Shown here: positions 23,133-38,769 of the stretch, piece by piece | Layout of the letters: the number at the start of each line of letters is the position of its first letter | Position numbering within the stretch: position 1 is the stretch's first letter | From: Eledone cirrhosa | Taxonomy: Eukaryota | Length of the DNA: 64,000 nucleotides | NCBI GenBank assembly: GCA_964016885.1 | Contig: OZ024748.1 | Coordinates: 124,001-188,000 of the forward strand | Direction: 5' to 3' | The notes under the pieces: model-generated | The model's database searches: none | What the model was told of the DNA's origin: nothing | The model's input: the letters and a program-made list of their open reading frames with translations, nothing else | Position numbers and translations under genes: made by a program

Positions 23133-25054
23133 TCATCATCATCATCATCGTTTAACGTCCATATTCCACGCTTGCATGGGTTTGGACGGGAATTTTCCCA
23201 CTTGAGGCAAGAGTGGTTGTCTTGCTCGCATAGGACTGTCTGGCGGGTTTTCTACAGCTGGATGCCCTTCCTAACACCAACCGCATTTACAGTGTGGGAC
23301 TGGGAGGTTTTTACCGTGTTACCTACACGGCCACATTACTGCGTGGACTGTGTTTTTTTTTTTTGTCGTGACACCTACACGACCTCATTTGTTTCGGCCT
23401 GGATGTTGTGGCACCAACATAACTTTACAGTGAAAGGGGCGGTGTGGATGGGGTGGGGGTGTATTTTGTTAGAGGTGCCTACTGACTGTAGTAGGTTTTA
23501 CTTTGTATCTAGGTAAGGCGGGTCTTCTCTATTACTGAGTACCGCCAAAGATCTCGGTCCAGTGACATTGTCTTGGAGAGGTGTAAGTGTGTGAGGTCGG
23601 AATTTATCAAGTCGTCCCAGGTTTTTCTGGGTCTGCCTACTCCGTGGCTACCGTCTATCTTTATTGCCCTGCATTTTTTTTATACAGCTGTCGTCTTTCA
23701 TCCGCATCACGTGGACCATACCAACGTAGTCTTCTCTCGAGTACACAACATCTGATCCCTCTTATTTCTAATTTTTCCCTTAGTTCGTTTATGCTTTGCA
23801 GTTCACATATATTACTATTACACATCCAGCGAAGCATGCAAGCTTCGTTCCTCTCTAGTCTGCGTATATCCTCTGCACACAATGCCCAGGTCTCACTGCC
23901 ATGCAACATTGCTGTTCATATGCAGGCATCATACAACCTGCCTTTCATTTTTAGGGAGAACCCTTTAGCGGCTAATAGTGGTATAAGCTCTCTGAACTTT
24001 TTCCATCCAGTTCTGACTCTAGCTACTGTACTTTCAGAGCACCCTCCCCCACTGCTGATTTTGTCACCCAGGTAACGGAAGCTGTCCACTATTTCTATAG
24101 AACCCTCTGCGCAATTGAAAGAGCTAGTATTTTGTGGGCACTTGCTGCTACTTATTGCACCAGAGCACCGGCCACATGTAAAATCTATGTTCTTAGTTAG
24201 CTTACCTGTGATCCCACTACATCTTTTATGAACCCATACTTTGCATTTGGGACATAAAATGGAGTTTCTACCTACGCCTTTCCTACACACTGAGCATGGC
24301 CATTTCCCGGAAGGGACCGGCGCCTTATTTTCTTTCCTACAAACTAGAACTTTAGTCTTAGCCAGGTTAATTTTAAGGCCTTCTGATTCTAGGCCTTGCT
24401 TCCATGTTTGGAATTTCTTCTCTAGCTCGGCCATCGATTCAGCTATGAGCGTTAGATCATCTGCGTATAGGAGTTCCCATGGGCAGCCGGTCTTGAACTC
24501 CACTGTTATAGCCTGAAGGGCAATAATAAATAGTAGGGGGCTAAGGACGGAGCCCTGATGAACACCAACTTTTACGCTAAACTCTTCACTATATTCGTTG
24601 TTAATTCTAACCTTGCTGACTGTTTCTTTATACATGGCTCGTATAGCTCTCACAAGCCATTCCTCAACACCTAGTTTTCTAAGAGCCCACCAGATAATGG
24701 AACGGGGGACTCTGTCGAAGGCTTTCTCCAAGTCAACAAAAGCTAAGTATAGGGGTTTACTTTTAACTAGGTACTTCTCCTGTAGTTGTCGTACAATGAA
24801 AAGAGCGTCTGTGGTACTTTTACCTGACACAAACCCGAACTGCATTTCATCTAGATCAATTCTCTCTCTGATTAGTTGCGCTATTAGTTTTTCCGTGACC
24901 TTCATGACCTGGTCGATTAATTTAATGCCTCTATAGTTACTCCTATCTAGGGCATCTCCTTTACCCTTGTAACAGTTAATGATGATGCTGCTACGCCAGT
25001 CCTTCAGAACAACCCCATTCTGTATGACTTGGTTTACTATCCGGGTGACCATTA
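23130..25054 (-). mobile_element. 5'-truncated RTE-clade LINE, array duplicate
   Basis: ORF 23916-25172 translation identical to 13857-15113. Confidence 0.93.
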
Positions 25055-25819
25055 CGTGTATACATCTGAAAATGTATATATGTATGCAAAGATATAAGTA
25101 AACATACATGTATACATATAGATGGACAGTTATGCATATACAATAACTTATTTCTATACATACATATACCACAAGTAAGGCATGGTGCTGCCAACTAACC
25201 AGACCTCCCTCATAATGGACCAGCTAGATCCCAAAATACAGGCCTGCTTGCCAACACACAGTCCCAATAAGTGTAAGTTACAGCGCAGCTATCTGGACAG
25301 ACTTGTCTTAAGACTACACACTATCCCACTACATCTTTTGTATACTATATATATACTGTTTATATATATATATACTATATATATATATACTGTTTATATA
25401 TATATATACTATATATATATATACTGTTTATATATATATACACACATATAATTGTGTATTCACACATTATCTTAGTAATGAAATAATTAATAATTTTAGT
25501 AAATTGTTCAAAATTCTTCATTAACCCTTTTGGTAGAAACCCAGCCAAAATTAGTTCTCGTACTATGGAAATGGTTCCTATCTAAATTAAAGTCTTCCAA
25601 CAAAATTCTATATAACAACCATATGGTAAGTTACTATGTTAGTAATTAACTAACAATTGTGATAAATAGCTCAAAATTATTCATAATTAATTGAATTATA
25701 AGGTTCATAATTATAATAAAATCTTCAAATAGGCTACGAAACCGGTAAACCTGAAAGGTACACAACACACACACATTGCTATAGCGTTTCACCAGCCCCT
25801 TCCTTCCTGAATTATTACA

Positions 25820-26638
25820 GAGATGTGTGTGTATGTAATAATTATTTGTATAATGTGTGTCTATTTATGAATATGTATGAGTAGATGTGTGTGTGTGTAT
25901 CACAGTAGATGTGTATGTAACACGGTAGATGTGTATATGTAACAGAGTAGATGTGTGTTTGCATGTAACTCAGTATATGTGTATGTAACTCAGTAGATGT
26001 GTGTGTGTAACACGGTAGATGTGTGTGTGTAACACGGTAGATGTGTGTGTGTAACACGGTAGATGTGTGTGTGTGTAACACGGCAGATGTGTGTGTGTAA
26101 CACGGTAGATGTGTGTATGTAACAGTAGATGTGTATGTATGTAACACAGTAGATGTGTATGTATGTAACACAGTAGATGTGTGTATGTAACACAGTACAT
26201 GTGTGTGTATGTAACTCAGTAGATGTGTGTGTATGTAACTCAGTAGATGTGTGTATGTAACACAGTAGATTGTGTGTATGTAACATAGAAGATGTGTGTA
26301 ACACAGTAGATGTGTGTGTATGTAACACAGTAGATCTGTGTGTATGTAACTCAGTAGATGTGTGTGTATGTAACACAGGTGTGTGTATGTAACACAGTAG
26401 ATGTGTGTATGTAACATAGTAGATGTGTGTATGTAACACAGAAGATGTGTGTGTATGTAACACAGTAGATGTGTGTGTATGTAACTCAGTAGATGTGTGT
26501 GTATGTAACACAGTAGATGTGTGTGTAACACAGTAGATGTGTATGTAACGCAGTAGATGTGTGTGTATATAACCCAGTTGATGTGTGTGTATGTAACACA
26601 GTAGATGTGTGTATGTAACATAGTATATGTGTATGTAA
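25820..26638. repeat. Same minisatellite, 224 bp shorter
   Basis: Offset to the first copy changes from 10059 to 9835 across the tract. Confidence 0.93.
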
Positions 26639-27577
26639 CTAAAGTGTAACGTACGTTACAAATGGACGACAAAATGATTTTAACTTGTTTTTTAACAATT
26701 GATGGTGGAAAAGATTTTAAATTGTCTTAACTCAGACCATAAAGGGCCGCAACACATGGAGTCTGACACTCTTACCGGCTACATAGCCTGGGCGTCTATT
26801 TTACCGCGACCGGCTACATAGCATCTTCCTAAAATCTTCCAACATAATTTTATACAAGAACCACATGTTAAGTTACTAATAAAATAATTAATAAATAAAA
26901 ACATTAGTAAGTCCTTCAAATGATATCTCAGTAATGAAATAATTAATAATTGTTATAAATACCTCAAAATTTCTCATTAATTAAACCTCATTAATTAATT
27001 AAGCCGCTGAAAAGTGCAACAGATGCCCTCTTCTTAGTGAGACAACTACAAAAGAGGTTCTTAGAGAAAAATAAGCCACTATACTTAGCTTTGGACATAG
27101 AGAAGGCTTTTGATAGAGAACTCTTATAAATGACAACATATATATATGTGTGTGTATATATATGTTTTTTTTAAAACTATATATTTATTACTCCCTTAAG
27201 CAGAAGAAATATATTCCCAGATATCGAAGATTACCACAATAACTAGGGAGCGGAAATCAATATATGCTGGACATTGCTGCTGAGGGTAGGATGACCTGAT
27301 GAGCTGGCTCCTGTGGTGGATACCTAAACATAGTAAGACCCTAGTGGGATGACTGAGGTTCACCTACATACATCAGATGTCTCTGGATCTCCAGCTGGAG
27401 ATTAATGATCTCAGGAATGCCATGAAAAATCGTGACATCTAAAAAAGAAGAGTAGAATTGTTCTGGCCAATCCACCTGACCTAATAAACAATAATAATAT
27501 TAATATATATTGATGAAAATTAATTATGGTGAAATATCTTAGAAATCATTCTCAGAGGTTTTGTATTGTAATCCACA

Positions 27578-29575
27578 CTTGCTCCTTGTGGCTTCTGATG
27601 CAGACATCATGTCCGCCATCAGGTCCTTCCCAGCTAGCAGCTGCGGAGATGTTGATGGTCTCTGACCAGGCCTCCTCAAGGAGTTGATATCTCCCCTCTC
27701 CGCTGAGGCCGGGCGCGGCCTTCTGAGTGCAATTGTGGCGCTCACCAATAGGCTCATCCATGGCGCCCTGGACTCTTATGCTCGAGGCCTCTTTTTTTCG
27801 GCCAGCCTCACCGCTCGCAGGAAGAAAGAGGATGGCATACGCCCCATTGCTGTGGGCAATGTCTTCCGGAGGCTGGCTGCCAAGGTAATCTGCAAGTCCG
27901 TAACACTCGGAACCGGCATCCAGGGCCTCCAGCCACCTCATTGTCAAGTTTGACATGAGGAATGCCTTCAACTCTTTACGCTGGGATCATCTGCTCGAGG
28001 CCTGCCTCAGCCGAGCCCCCTCTGCCTACCTGTCATATGGAGCCCCAAGCATGCGCCATGCTGCTGATACGGTCATACCCTTGGCTACTGGGATCCAACA
28101 GGGCAACCCTTTGGGACCCCTCCTGTTCACCCTTGGTATTGACCACATCGCCTGGAGTATAACAGCCCCTCTCAACGTTTGGTATCTGGATGATGCTACT
28201 TTGGGTGGGCCCGTACAGGCGGTCTGCCATGACCTTCAATCGGTGGTTCCTGCCCTGGCGGGAATCGACCTCCAGGTCAACTCAGCCAAGTCGGAGGTGG
28301 TGAATGTCAGCCTCGATGCTGCAAGCTTTGCAGTCTCCGTCTTGGACGTGCGGTCCATTCTCCGCCAGGTTCAGGTGACCCCCAAAGAGGATGCCCTCAC
28401 CGATCCACCCGCCGGCCATCCGCTCCTCCATCAAGTCCAGACTCTCACGAGCCGACTGGGCTTGATTGATGCCCACCCAGTTCTCTTTCTGCTGAGGAAC
28501 TGCTACGCCATGCCGAAGCTCCTCTATACACTCTGTGCTACACCTAAACTTGTATCCGAGCAGCAGCCGATGAGATATGCAACTTTACCTGTCAGGTATG
28601 GCGGCCTTCGCCTCCAGTCCCCGATCTCACTAGCTTTGCCGGCATATCTTTCGTCGGTAACCTCGTACCACGTCCTCCTCAGCAGGGTTCTTCAAAACAC
28701 AACAGAACCCTCTGTGTTCAGAGAACGCGTCGCCGCCTGTGAGACGTGGGACCGGCTGGGACTTAGCCCAGTAGACGTTCCTCCTCCTTCTCCCCCTGTT
28801 GACGTCAAGTCCCCCCCAACACACTTGGGATGCCATCCAGTGCAGCCTGGCCTCAGACAGGCTCACGCGCCAGCTCGACCAGCACCGCCTTGTTTGTTTT
28901 CGTGCAGCCTCCAAACCCCACAGTGGGGCCTGGCTCCATGCCCTGCCCTCCTTCTCCACTCGCACGCAGCTAGACAACAATAGCTTGCGCATCGGCGTTT
29001 CCCTGAGGCTCGGCCTCTCACCAATGTCGCTGCCGTTCCACCATGGACTCTTTCGGCCTCCACCCGCTTTCCTGTCGCCACAGTGCCAGCCGCAATCCAC
29101 GCCATGCTGCCCTCAACGAAGTCATTAAGCATGGCTTGGACGCTGCAGGCTTCCCTTCCCAGCTCGAGGGGACGGCAAAAGGCTAGATGGCATGACCATC
29201 TTCCCGTTCCGCGGTGGCAAACCCCTCGTCTGGGATGCCACTTGCACCGACACTTTCTGCAGCCGCAACCTGGTGCAGTCTGCGACTGGCCCAGGTTCTG
29301 CTGCACGTCAGGCTGAGGGGGCCAAACTCCTCACATATCGTTCACTCTCCGACAGGTTTGCGGTCGTACCCCTGGAAGTGGAGACTTCTGGTGTCCTCGG
29401 CCCCAGGGCTACCTCCTTACTCACCACCATAGGCGCTGAGCTGGCCAGCCGCAGGTGTGAGCCCCGCGAGTTGGAGTGGCTTTTCCAGCGCGTCTCCCTT
29501 GCCGTGTTCCGGGGAAACGCCTTCTCCATTCTGTCCGCCGGGGCTGTGGGTGGGTCCCATCGCGTACCGTTATGA
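27578..29575 (+). mobile_element. Degenerate CRE-clade retrotransposon, copy 4
   Basis: ORF translations identical to copy 3. Confidence 0.88.
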
Positions 29576-31421
29576 ATGTATACAAAACAACTAAATCTCT
29601 TAAATAACTTCACTTATATCCAAAACATGATTTGTATATACATCAACAGTGACTCATTATTATACGCCAGTCACGACCCCACTGCAAAAACGATATCTAT
29701 ATAACAACCCCACCGTAAAACTACTCTTCCCCACTTTACAAACACTTTATATTATTTGTCATTAAGGTTTCTTAAAATAAATATATATACGTATGTGTAG
29801 TAATTAGTACGGAGACTGAGAGAGAAGGGGCGAGTGTGTCTTCATGGAGGGCACATGGGACCAGCAAAGCCCTAAAAGTAGAGACCAGTAAATGAGATAA
29901 GGTCCTCGCTATGTTAAGAATATAAATAAGAAACATGTTCTATACATTTAAGAAGACAAGAGAAACATGTTCTAAACATTTAAGAAATAATTATTTACCT
30001 CTTTCATGTCGGTAATATAGCGGTGTTATAAAACTAATTATAACGACCGGTGTTAAAATAGAGAGAGATAGACAGATAAATGTGTGTCACACTCTCACCC
30101 TCTCTTTAAATCTTTTACACTATCTAACTCGTACTTCTCACACTCTCTTTAAATCTTTTACTCTATCTACCTCTCATTTCTATCTGTGTATGTATGTATG
30201 TATCTGTCTATGTGTAACTCGGTGTACTGGAGCAATATGAAGTGAAGTGTCTTGCTCAAGAAGACATTTTGTGGAGTTATATCATCGTTTCTTGTTATAA
30301 AGCTACTTATACTACCGGCGTAACAGTGGCTATAGGTGATAGATGTAGAAATAAAAGGCTGTAACAGCGATATAAATATAGATGAAATAGTTTACCACGA
30401 GACTAAGAATGAATGTTTAATGGAATTAAGTGTAATCTAATAGGAAATAAGAGGCTAGAGCAGCGAAATGTTTACGTAAAATAAAAGAACAACAAACAAG
30501 AGTGCAACATTGAAATTTTTGTTTTTTTTTGTCGATATAAGCGTTATTTTATGCGCGATTTGCCTTGCTGCCGGCGCTGCTCAGTCAGTAGCAGCTCCGC
30601 TTACGAACTTCAGGAGCCAACGACTTTACATGGTTCGAATCTCACCCTCTCCGCTCTTGTCGAGTTATCTCCTACTCTTTTTACTTAGTTCCAGGTCATT
30701 AAAATAGAGCAAAGAGGGCGCGGCGATCGGCATATGCACTGGCTACAATGTTGAACTTTGGTACTGACTGCGTAGTTGAACGTTCCAGATACCAACCGCC
30801 CAACTGGCCAGTCAACCGCATATGCGGCTGGCTGGCCGGTTGGGTAGTTGGCATATGTACTGGCTACCATGCTGAACATTGTACTGACTGTCAAGTTGAA
30901 CGTTCTAACCCTCTCTTTACATCTATTACTCTATCTACCGCTTATTTCTCCCCCTCTCTTTACTTCTATAACTCTATCTCCCACTCTCTTTACATCTATT
31001 ACAGTGTCTCCCTGTATATATACACGTATATATGCACTAGATTTTATAAGAAATCTACGTAATAATATAATTAACAATAGTTGATGAATTAGACCAGAGT
31101 TAATTAAACAATAAATATGAATGAAATAGCAGTAGATGGCGAAACTTGAGTGTTGTGTGTGCATACATATATATGAGGTAAACTGGTTCAAATACTGTCA
31201 GGATTATATTGGATCAAAGACTGTATTAAATAGAAAGTAAAAAGTGAAGTGAAAATATAAAAACAAACTGAAAATTTCCCCATCCCTAGAAAAATTCATA
31301 TCTTGTTATATATAGATAATTGGCGCTTTAAATTGAATAAATATTCATTTATATATATATATATGTATATATATATGTACACTGATATATATGTGTGTAT
31401 ATATATATGTGTATATATATA

Positions 31422-31470
<49 letters not shown>

Positions 31471-32498
31471 ATATCAACTTCATCATACGTCCGCTTTTCC
31501 ATGCTTGCAAGGGTGGGGTGGGAGCTGATTCTGGATTGGTTTCTACAGCTGGGTGCCCTTCCTGACGCCAACCCCGTTTGCAGTGAGTGCTGGGTGCTTT
31601 TTTTTTTCCGTGGCACCTCCACGTCAGCTTTACAGTGTGGGCTGGGTGCTTTTTTGCCGCGGCGCCTCCACGACCACTTTGCGGTGGGGTGGTGGGGTGG
31701 TATGTGTATACCCAGCCCATTGTCATTTGCCACACAGAAAAGCTTATAGCATCGTTCTTTACCCACGATGAATCTAGCAGACCCACCCCTCCACCTGGTC
31801 TCTTGAATACAACAAACATCGACCTCCTTACGTTCAAGCATTTTTACAACCTCGTTAGAGCCACCCTATAAGGTGCCTACATTAATGGTACCAACTCTGA
31901 AGTTTTGGATTGCGTTTGGAGGTTGGGAGCGGTGGGGAGCGGGGATGGGGTTAGGGTTAGCCATCCGCGGCCGAAACAAAGAGGAGGAGCCCTTGCATTC
32001 TCGTCCATGAGGTGGATTTGTCTTTATGTATGTATATGTATATATGTATGTATGTGTGTGTATGTATGTATATGTATATATGAGTGTATATGTGTATATG
32101 TATGTATATGTATGTGTATGTATGTGTATATATGTGTATATGTATGTGTTTGTATATATGTGTGTGTATGTATATGTGTGTGTATGTATATATATATATG
32201 TATGTATGTGTATATGTATGTATATGTATGTATGTGTATATGTATATATGTGTGTATGTATGTATATATGTATGTATGTGTATATATGTATGTATGTATA
32301 TGTATATATACGTGTGTATATGTATATATACTTATGTGTATATGCTTATGTATGTGTATGTATGTATATTTATATTATGTATATATATATATCTATGTAT
32401 GTATATGTATGTATATGTGTATGTATGTGTATGTATGTATGTGTATATATGTATGTATGTATATATATATGTATATGTATGTGTATGTATATGTATAT

Positions 32499-32853
32499 GG
32501 AGGCACATGGCTTAGTGGTTCGAGCATTGGCCTGGCAATCGAAAGGTTGTGAGTTCAATTCTCAGACCGGGTGATGTGTTGTTTCCTTGAGCAAGACACT
32601 TTATTTCACATTGCTCCAGTTTACTCAGCTGTAGAAATGAGATGATAGGGACTGGGGTCCATATCATTCCACTGCAAAGTGGTCATGGAGGTGCCACGGC
32701 AAAAAAGCACTCAGCACTCACTGTAAATGAGGTTGGTGTTAGGAAGGGCATCCAGCTGTAGAAATCAAGCCAGAATCAGTTCCCGTCCCACCCTTGCAAG
32801 CAGGGAAAAAGCGGACTTAAAACGAAATGATGATGATGATGATGATGATGATG
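32499..32853 (+). mobile_element. tRNA-derived SINE (array copy)
   Basis: Near-identical to 786-1140. Confidence 0.85.
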
Positions 32854-33499
32854 TATGTATGTATGTGTATATGTATGTATGTATGTATATGTATGTATGT
32901 GTATGAGATGCAGTTTGGTTTTGTGCCGCTGAAAAGTGCAACAGATGCCCTCTTCTTAGTGAGACAACTACAAAAGAGGTTCTTAGAGAAAAATAAGCCA
33001 CTATACTTAGCTTTGGACATAGAGAAGGCTTTTGATAGAGAACTCTTATAAATGACAACATATATATATGTGTGTGTATATATATGTTTTTTTTAAAACT
33101 ATATATTTATTACTCCCTTAAGCAGAAGAAATATATTCCCAGATATCGAAGATTACCACAATAACTAGGGAGCGGAAATCAATAGATGCTGGACATTGCT
33201 GCTGAGGGTAGGATGACCTGATGAGCTGGCTCCTGTGGTGGATACCTAAACATAGTAAGACCCAAGTGGGATGACTGAGGTTCACCTACATACATCAGAT
33301 GTCTCTGGATCTCCAGCTGGAGATTAATGATCTCAGGAATGCCATGAAAAATCGTGACATCTAAAAAAGAAGAGTAGAATTGTTCTGGCCAATCCACCTG
33401 ACCTAATAAACAATAATAATATTAATATATATTGATGAAAATTAATTATGGTGAAATATCTTAGAAATCATTCTCAGAGGTTTTGTATTGTAATCCACA

Positions 33500-35497
33500 C
33501 TTGCTCCTTGTGGCTTCTGATGCAGACATCATGTCCGCCATCAGGTCCTTCCCAGCTAGCAGCTGCGGTGATGTTGATGGTCTCTGACCAGGCCTCCTCA
33601 AGGAGTTGATATCTCCCCTCTCCGCTGAGGCCGGGCGCCGCCTTCTGAGTGCAATTGTGGCGCTCACCAATAGGCTCATCCATGGCGCCCTGGACTCTTA
33701 TGCTCGAGGCCTCTTTTTTTCAGCCAGCTTCACCGCTCTCAGGAAGAAAGAGGGTGGCATACGCCCCATTGCTGTGGGCAATGTCTTCCGGAGGCTGGCT
33801 GCCAAGGTAACCTGCAAGTCCGTAACACTCGGAACCGGCATCCAGGGACTCCAGCCACCTCATTGTCAAGTTTGACATGAGGAATGCCTTCAACTCTTTA
33901 CGCTGGGATCATCTGCTCGAGGCCTGCCTCAGCCGAGCCCCCTCTGCCTAGCTGTCATATGGAGCCCCGAGCATGCGACATGCTGCTGATGCGGTCATAC
34001 CCTTGGCTACTGGGATCCAACAGGGCAACCCTTTGGGACCCCTCCTGTTCACCCTTGGTATTGACCACATCGCCCGGAGTATAACGGCCCCTCTCAACGT
34101 TTGGTATCTGGATGATGCTACTTTGGGTGGGCCCGTACAGGCGGTCTGCCATGACCTTCAATCGGTGGTTCCTGCCCTGGCGGGAATCGACCTCCAGGTC
34201 AACTCAGCCAAGTCGGAGGTGGTGAATGTCAGCCTCGATGCTGCAAGCTTTGCAGTCTCCGTCTTGGACGTGCGGTCCATTCTCCGCCAGGTTCAGGTGA
34301 CCCCCAAAGAGGATGCCCTCACCGATCCACCCGCCGGCCATCCGCTCCTCCATCAAGTCCAGACTCTCACGAGCCGACTGGGCTTGATTGATGCCCACCC
34401 AGTTCTCTTTCTGCTGAGGAACTGCTACGCCATGCCGAAGCTCCTCTATACACTCTGTGCTACACCTAAACTTGTATCCGAGCAGCAGCCGATGAGATAT
34501 GCAACTTTACCTGTCAGGTATGGCGGCCTTCGCCTCCAGTCCCCGATCTCACTAGCTTTGCCGGCATATCTTTCGTCGGTAACCTCGTACCACGTCCTCC
34601 TCAGCAGGGTTCTTCAAAACACAACAGAACCCTCTGTGTTCAGAGAACGCGTCGCCGCCTGTGAGACGTGGGACCGGCTGGGACTTAGCCCAGTAGACGT
34701 TCCTCCTCCTTCTCCCCCTGTTGACGTCAAGTCCCCCCCAACACACTTGGGATGCCATCCAGTGCAGCCTGGCCTCAGACAGGCTCACGCGCCAGCTCGA
34801 CCAGCACCGCCTTGTTTGTTTTCGTGCAGCCTCCAAACCCCACAGTGGGGCCTGGCTCCATGCCCTGCCCTCCTTCTCCACTCGCACGCAGCTAGACAAC
34901 AATAGCTTGCGCATCGGCGTTTCCCTGAGGCTCGGCCTCTCACCAATGTCGCTGCCGTTCCACCATGGACTCTTTCGGCCTCCACCCGCTTTCCTGTCGC
35001 CACAGTGCCAGCCGCAATCCACGCCATGCTGCCCTCAACGAAGTCATTAAGCATGGCTTGGACGCTGCAGGCTTCCCTTCCCAGCTCGAGGGGACGGCAA
35101 AAGGCTAGATGGCATGACCATCTTCCCGTTCCGCGGTGGCAAACCCCTCGTCTGGGATGCCACTTGCACCGACACTTTCTGCAGCCGCAACCTGGTGCAG
35201 TCTGCGACTGGCCCAGGTTCTGCTGCACGTCAGGCTGAGGGGGCCAAACTCCTCACATATCGTTCACTCTCCGACAGGTTTGCGGTCGTACCCCTGGAAG
35301 TGGAGACTTCTGGTGTCCTCGGCCCCAGGGCTACCTCCTTACTCACCACCATAGGCGCTGAGCTGGCCAGCCGCAGGTGTGAGCCCCGCGAGTTGGAGTG
35401 GCTTTTCCAGCGCGTCTCCCTTGCCGTGTTCCGGGGAAACGCCTTCTCCATTCTGTCCGCCGGGGCTGTGGGTGTGTCCCATCGCGTACCGTTATGA
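33500..35497 (+). mobile_element. Degenerate CRE-clade retrotransposon, copy 5 (B/A recombinant)
   Basis: 5' markers as copy 2 (KKEGG, KVTCK, TAG stop); 3' markers as copies 3/4. Confidence 0.88.
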
Positions 35498-37343
35498 ATG
35501 TATACAAAACAACTAAATCTCTTAAATAACTTCACTTATATCCAAAACATGATTTGTATATACATCAACAGTGACTCATTATTATACGCCAGTCACGACC
35601 CCACTGCAAAAACGATATCTATATAACAACCCCACCGTAAAACTACTCTTCCCCACTTTACAAACACTTTATATTATTTGTCATTAAGGTTTCTTAAAAT
35701 AAATATATATACGTATGTGTAGTAATTAGTACGGAGACTGAGAGAGAAGGGGCGAGTGTGTCTTCATGGAGGGCACATGGGACCAGCAAAGCCCTAAAAG
35801 TAGAGACCAGTAAATGAGATAAGGTCCTCGCTATGTTAAGAATATAAATAAGAAACATGTTCTATACATTTAAGAAGACAAGAGAAACATGTTCTAAACA
35901 TTTAAGAAATAATTATTTACCTCTTTCATGTCGGTAATATAGCGGTGTTATAAAACTAATTATAACGACCGGTGTTAAAATAGAGAGAGATAGACAGATA
36001 AATGTGTGTCACACTCTCACCCTCTCTTTAAATCTTTTACACTATCTAACTCGTACTTCTCACACTCTCTTTAAATCTTTTACTCTATCTACCTCTCATT
36101 TCTATCTGTGTATGTATGTATGTATCTGTCTATGTGTAACTCGGTGTACTGGAGCAATATGAAGTGAAGTGTCTTGCTCAAGAAGACATTTTGTGGAGTT
36201 ATATCATCGTTTCTTGTTATAAAGCTACTTATACTACCGGCGTAACAGTGGCTATAGGTGATAGATGTAGAAATAAAAGGCTGTAACAGCGATATAAATA
36301 TAGATGAAATAGTTTACCACGAGACTAAGAATGAATGTTTAATGGAATTAAGTGTAATCTAATAGGAAATAAGAGGCTAGAGCAGCGAAATGTTTACGTA
36401 AAATAAAAGAACAACAAACAAGAGTGCAACATTGAAATTTTTGTTTTTTTTTGTCGATATAAGCGTTATTTTATGCGCGATTTGCCTTGCTGCCGGCGCT
36501 GCTCAGTCAGTAGCAGCTCCGCTTACGAACTTCAGGAGCCAACGACTTTACATGGTTCGAATCTCACCCTCTCCGCTCTTGTCGAGTTATCTCCTACTCT
36601 TTTTACTTAGTTCCAGGTCATTAAAATAGAGCAAAGAGGGCGCGGCGATCGGCATATGCACTGGCTACAATGTTGAACTTTGGTACTGACTGCGTAGTTG
36701 AACGTTCCAGATACCAACCGCCCAACTGGCCAGTCAACCGCATATGCGGCTGGCTGGCCGGTTGGGTAGTTGGCATATGTACTGGCTACCATGCTGAACA
36801 TTGTACTGACTGTCAAGTTGAACGTTCTAACCCTCTCTTTACATCTATTACTCTATCTACCGCTTATTTCTCCCCCTCTCTTTACTTCTATAACTCTATC
36901 TCCCACTCTCTTTACATCTATTACAGTGTCTCCCTGTATATATACACGTATATATGCACTAGATTTTATAAGAAATCTACGTAATAATATAATTAACAAT
37001 AGTTGATGAATTAGACCAGAGTTAATTAAACAATAAATATGAATGAAATAGCAGTAGATGGCGAAACTTGAGTGTTGTGTGTGCATACATATATATGAGG
37101 TAAACTGGTTCAAATACTGTCAGGATTATATTGGATCAAAGACTGTATTAAATAGAAAGTAAAAAGTGAAGTGAAAATATAAAAACAAACTGAAAATTTC
37201 CCCATCCCTAGAAAAATTCATATCTTGTTATATATAGATAATTGGCGCTTTAAATTGAATAAATATTCATTTATATATATATATATGTATATATATATGT
37301 ACACTGATATATATGTGTGTATATATATATGTGTATATATATA

Positions 37344-37386
<43 letters not shown>

Positions 37387-38414
37387 ATATCAACTTCATC
37401 ATACGTCCGCTTTTCCATGCTTGCAAGGGTGGGGTGGGAGCTGATTCTGGATTGGTTTCTACAGCTGGGTGCCCTTCCTGACGCCAACCCCGTTTGCAGT
37501 GAGTGCTGGGTGCTTTTTTTTTTCCGTGGCACCTCCACGTCAGCTTTACAGTGTGGGCTGGGTGCTTTTTTGCCGCGGCGCCTCCACGACCACTTTGCGG
37601 TGGGGTGGTGGGGTGGTATGTGTATACCCAGCCCATTGTCATTTGCCACACAGAAAAGCTTATAGCATCGTTCTTTACCCACGATGAATCTAGCAGACCC
37701 ACCCCTCCCCCTGGTCTCTTGAATACAACAAACATCGACCTCCTTACGTTCAAGCATTTCTACAACCTCGTTAGAGCCACCCTATAAGGTGCCTACATTA
37801 ATGGTACCAACTCTGAAGTTTTGGATTGCGTTTGGAGGTTGGGAGCGGTGGGGAGCGGGGATGGGGTTAGGGTTAGCCATCCGCGGCCGAAACAAAGAGG
37901 AGGAGCCCTTGCATTCTCGTCCATGAGGTGGATTTGTCTTTATGTATGTATATGTATATATGTATGTATGTGTGTGTATGTATGTATATGTATATATGAG
38001 TGTATATGTGTATATGTATGTATATGTATGTGTATGTATGTGTATATATGTGTATATGTATGTGTTTGTATATATGTGTGTGTATGTATATGTGTGTGTA
38101 TGTATATATATATATGTATGTATGTGTATATGTATGTATATGTATGTATGTGTATATGTATATATGTGTGTATGTATGTATATATGTATGTATGTGTATA
38201 TATGTATGTATGTATATGTATATATACGTGTGTATATGTATATATACTTATGTGTATATGCTTATGTATGTGTATGTATGTATATTTATATTATGTATAT
38301 ATATATATCTATGTATGTATATGTATGTATATGTGTATGTATGTGTATGTATGTATGTGTATATATGTATGTATGTATATATATATGTATATGTATGTGT
38401 ATGTATATGTATAT

Positions 38415-38769
38415 GGAGGCACATGGCTTAGTGGTTCGAGCATTGGCCTGGCAATCGAAAGGTTGTGAGTTCAATTCTCAGACCGGGTGATGTGTTGTTT
38501 CCTTGAGCAAGACACTTTATTTCACATTGCTCCAGTTTACTCAGCTGTAGAAATGAGATGATAGGGACTGGGGTCCATATCATTCCACTGCAAAGTGGTC
38601 ATGGAGGTGCCACGGCAAAAAAGCACTCAGCACTCACTGTAAATGAGGTTGGTGTTAGGAAGGGCATCCAGCTGTAGAAATCAAGCCAGAATCAGTTCCC
38701 GTCCCACCCTTGCAAGCAGGGAAAAAGCGGACTTAAAACGAAATGATGATGATGATGATGATGATGATG
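38415..38769 (+). mobile_element. tRNA-derived SINE (array copy)
   Basis: Near-identical to 786-1140. Confidence 0.85.
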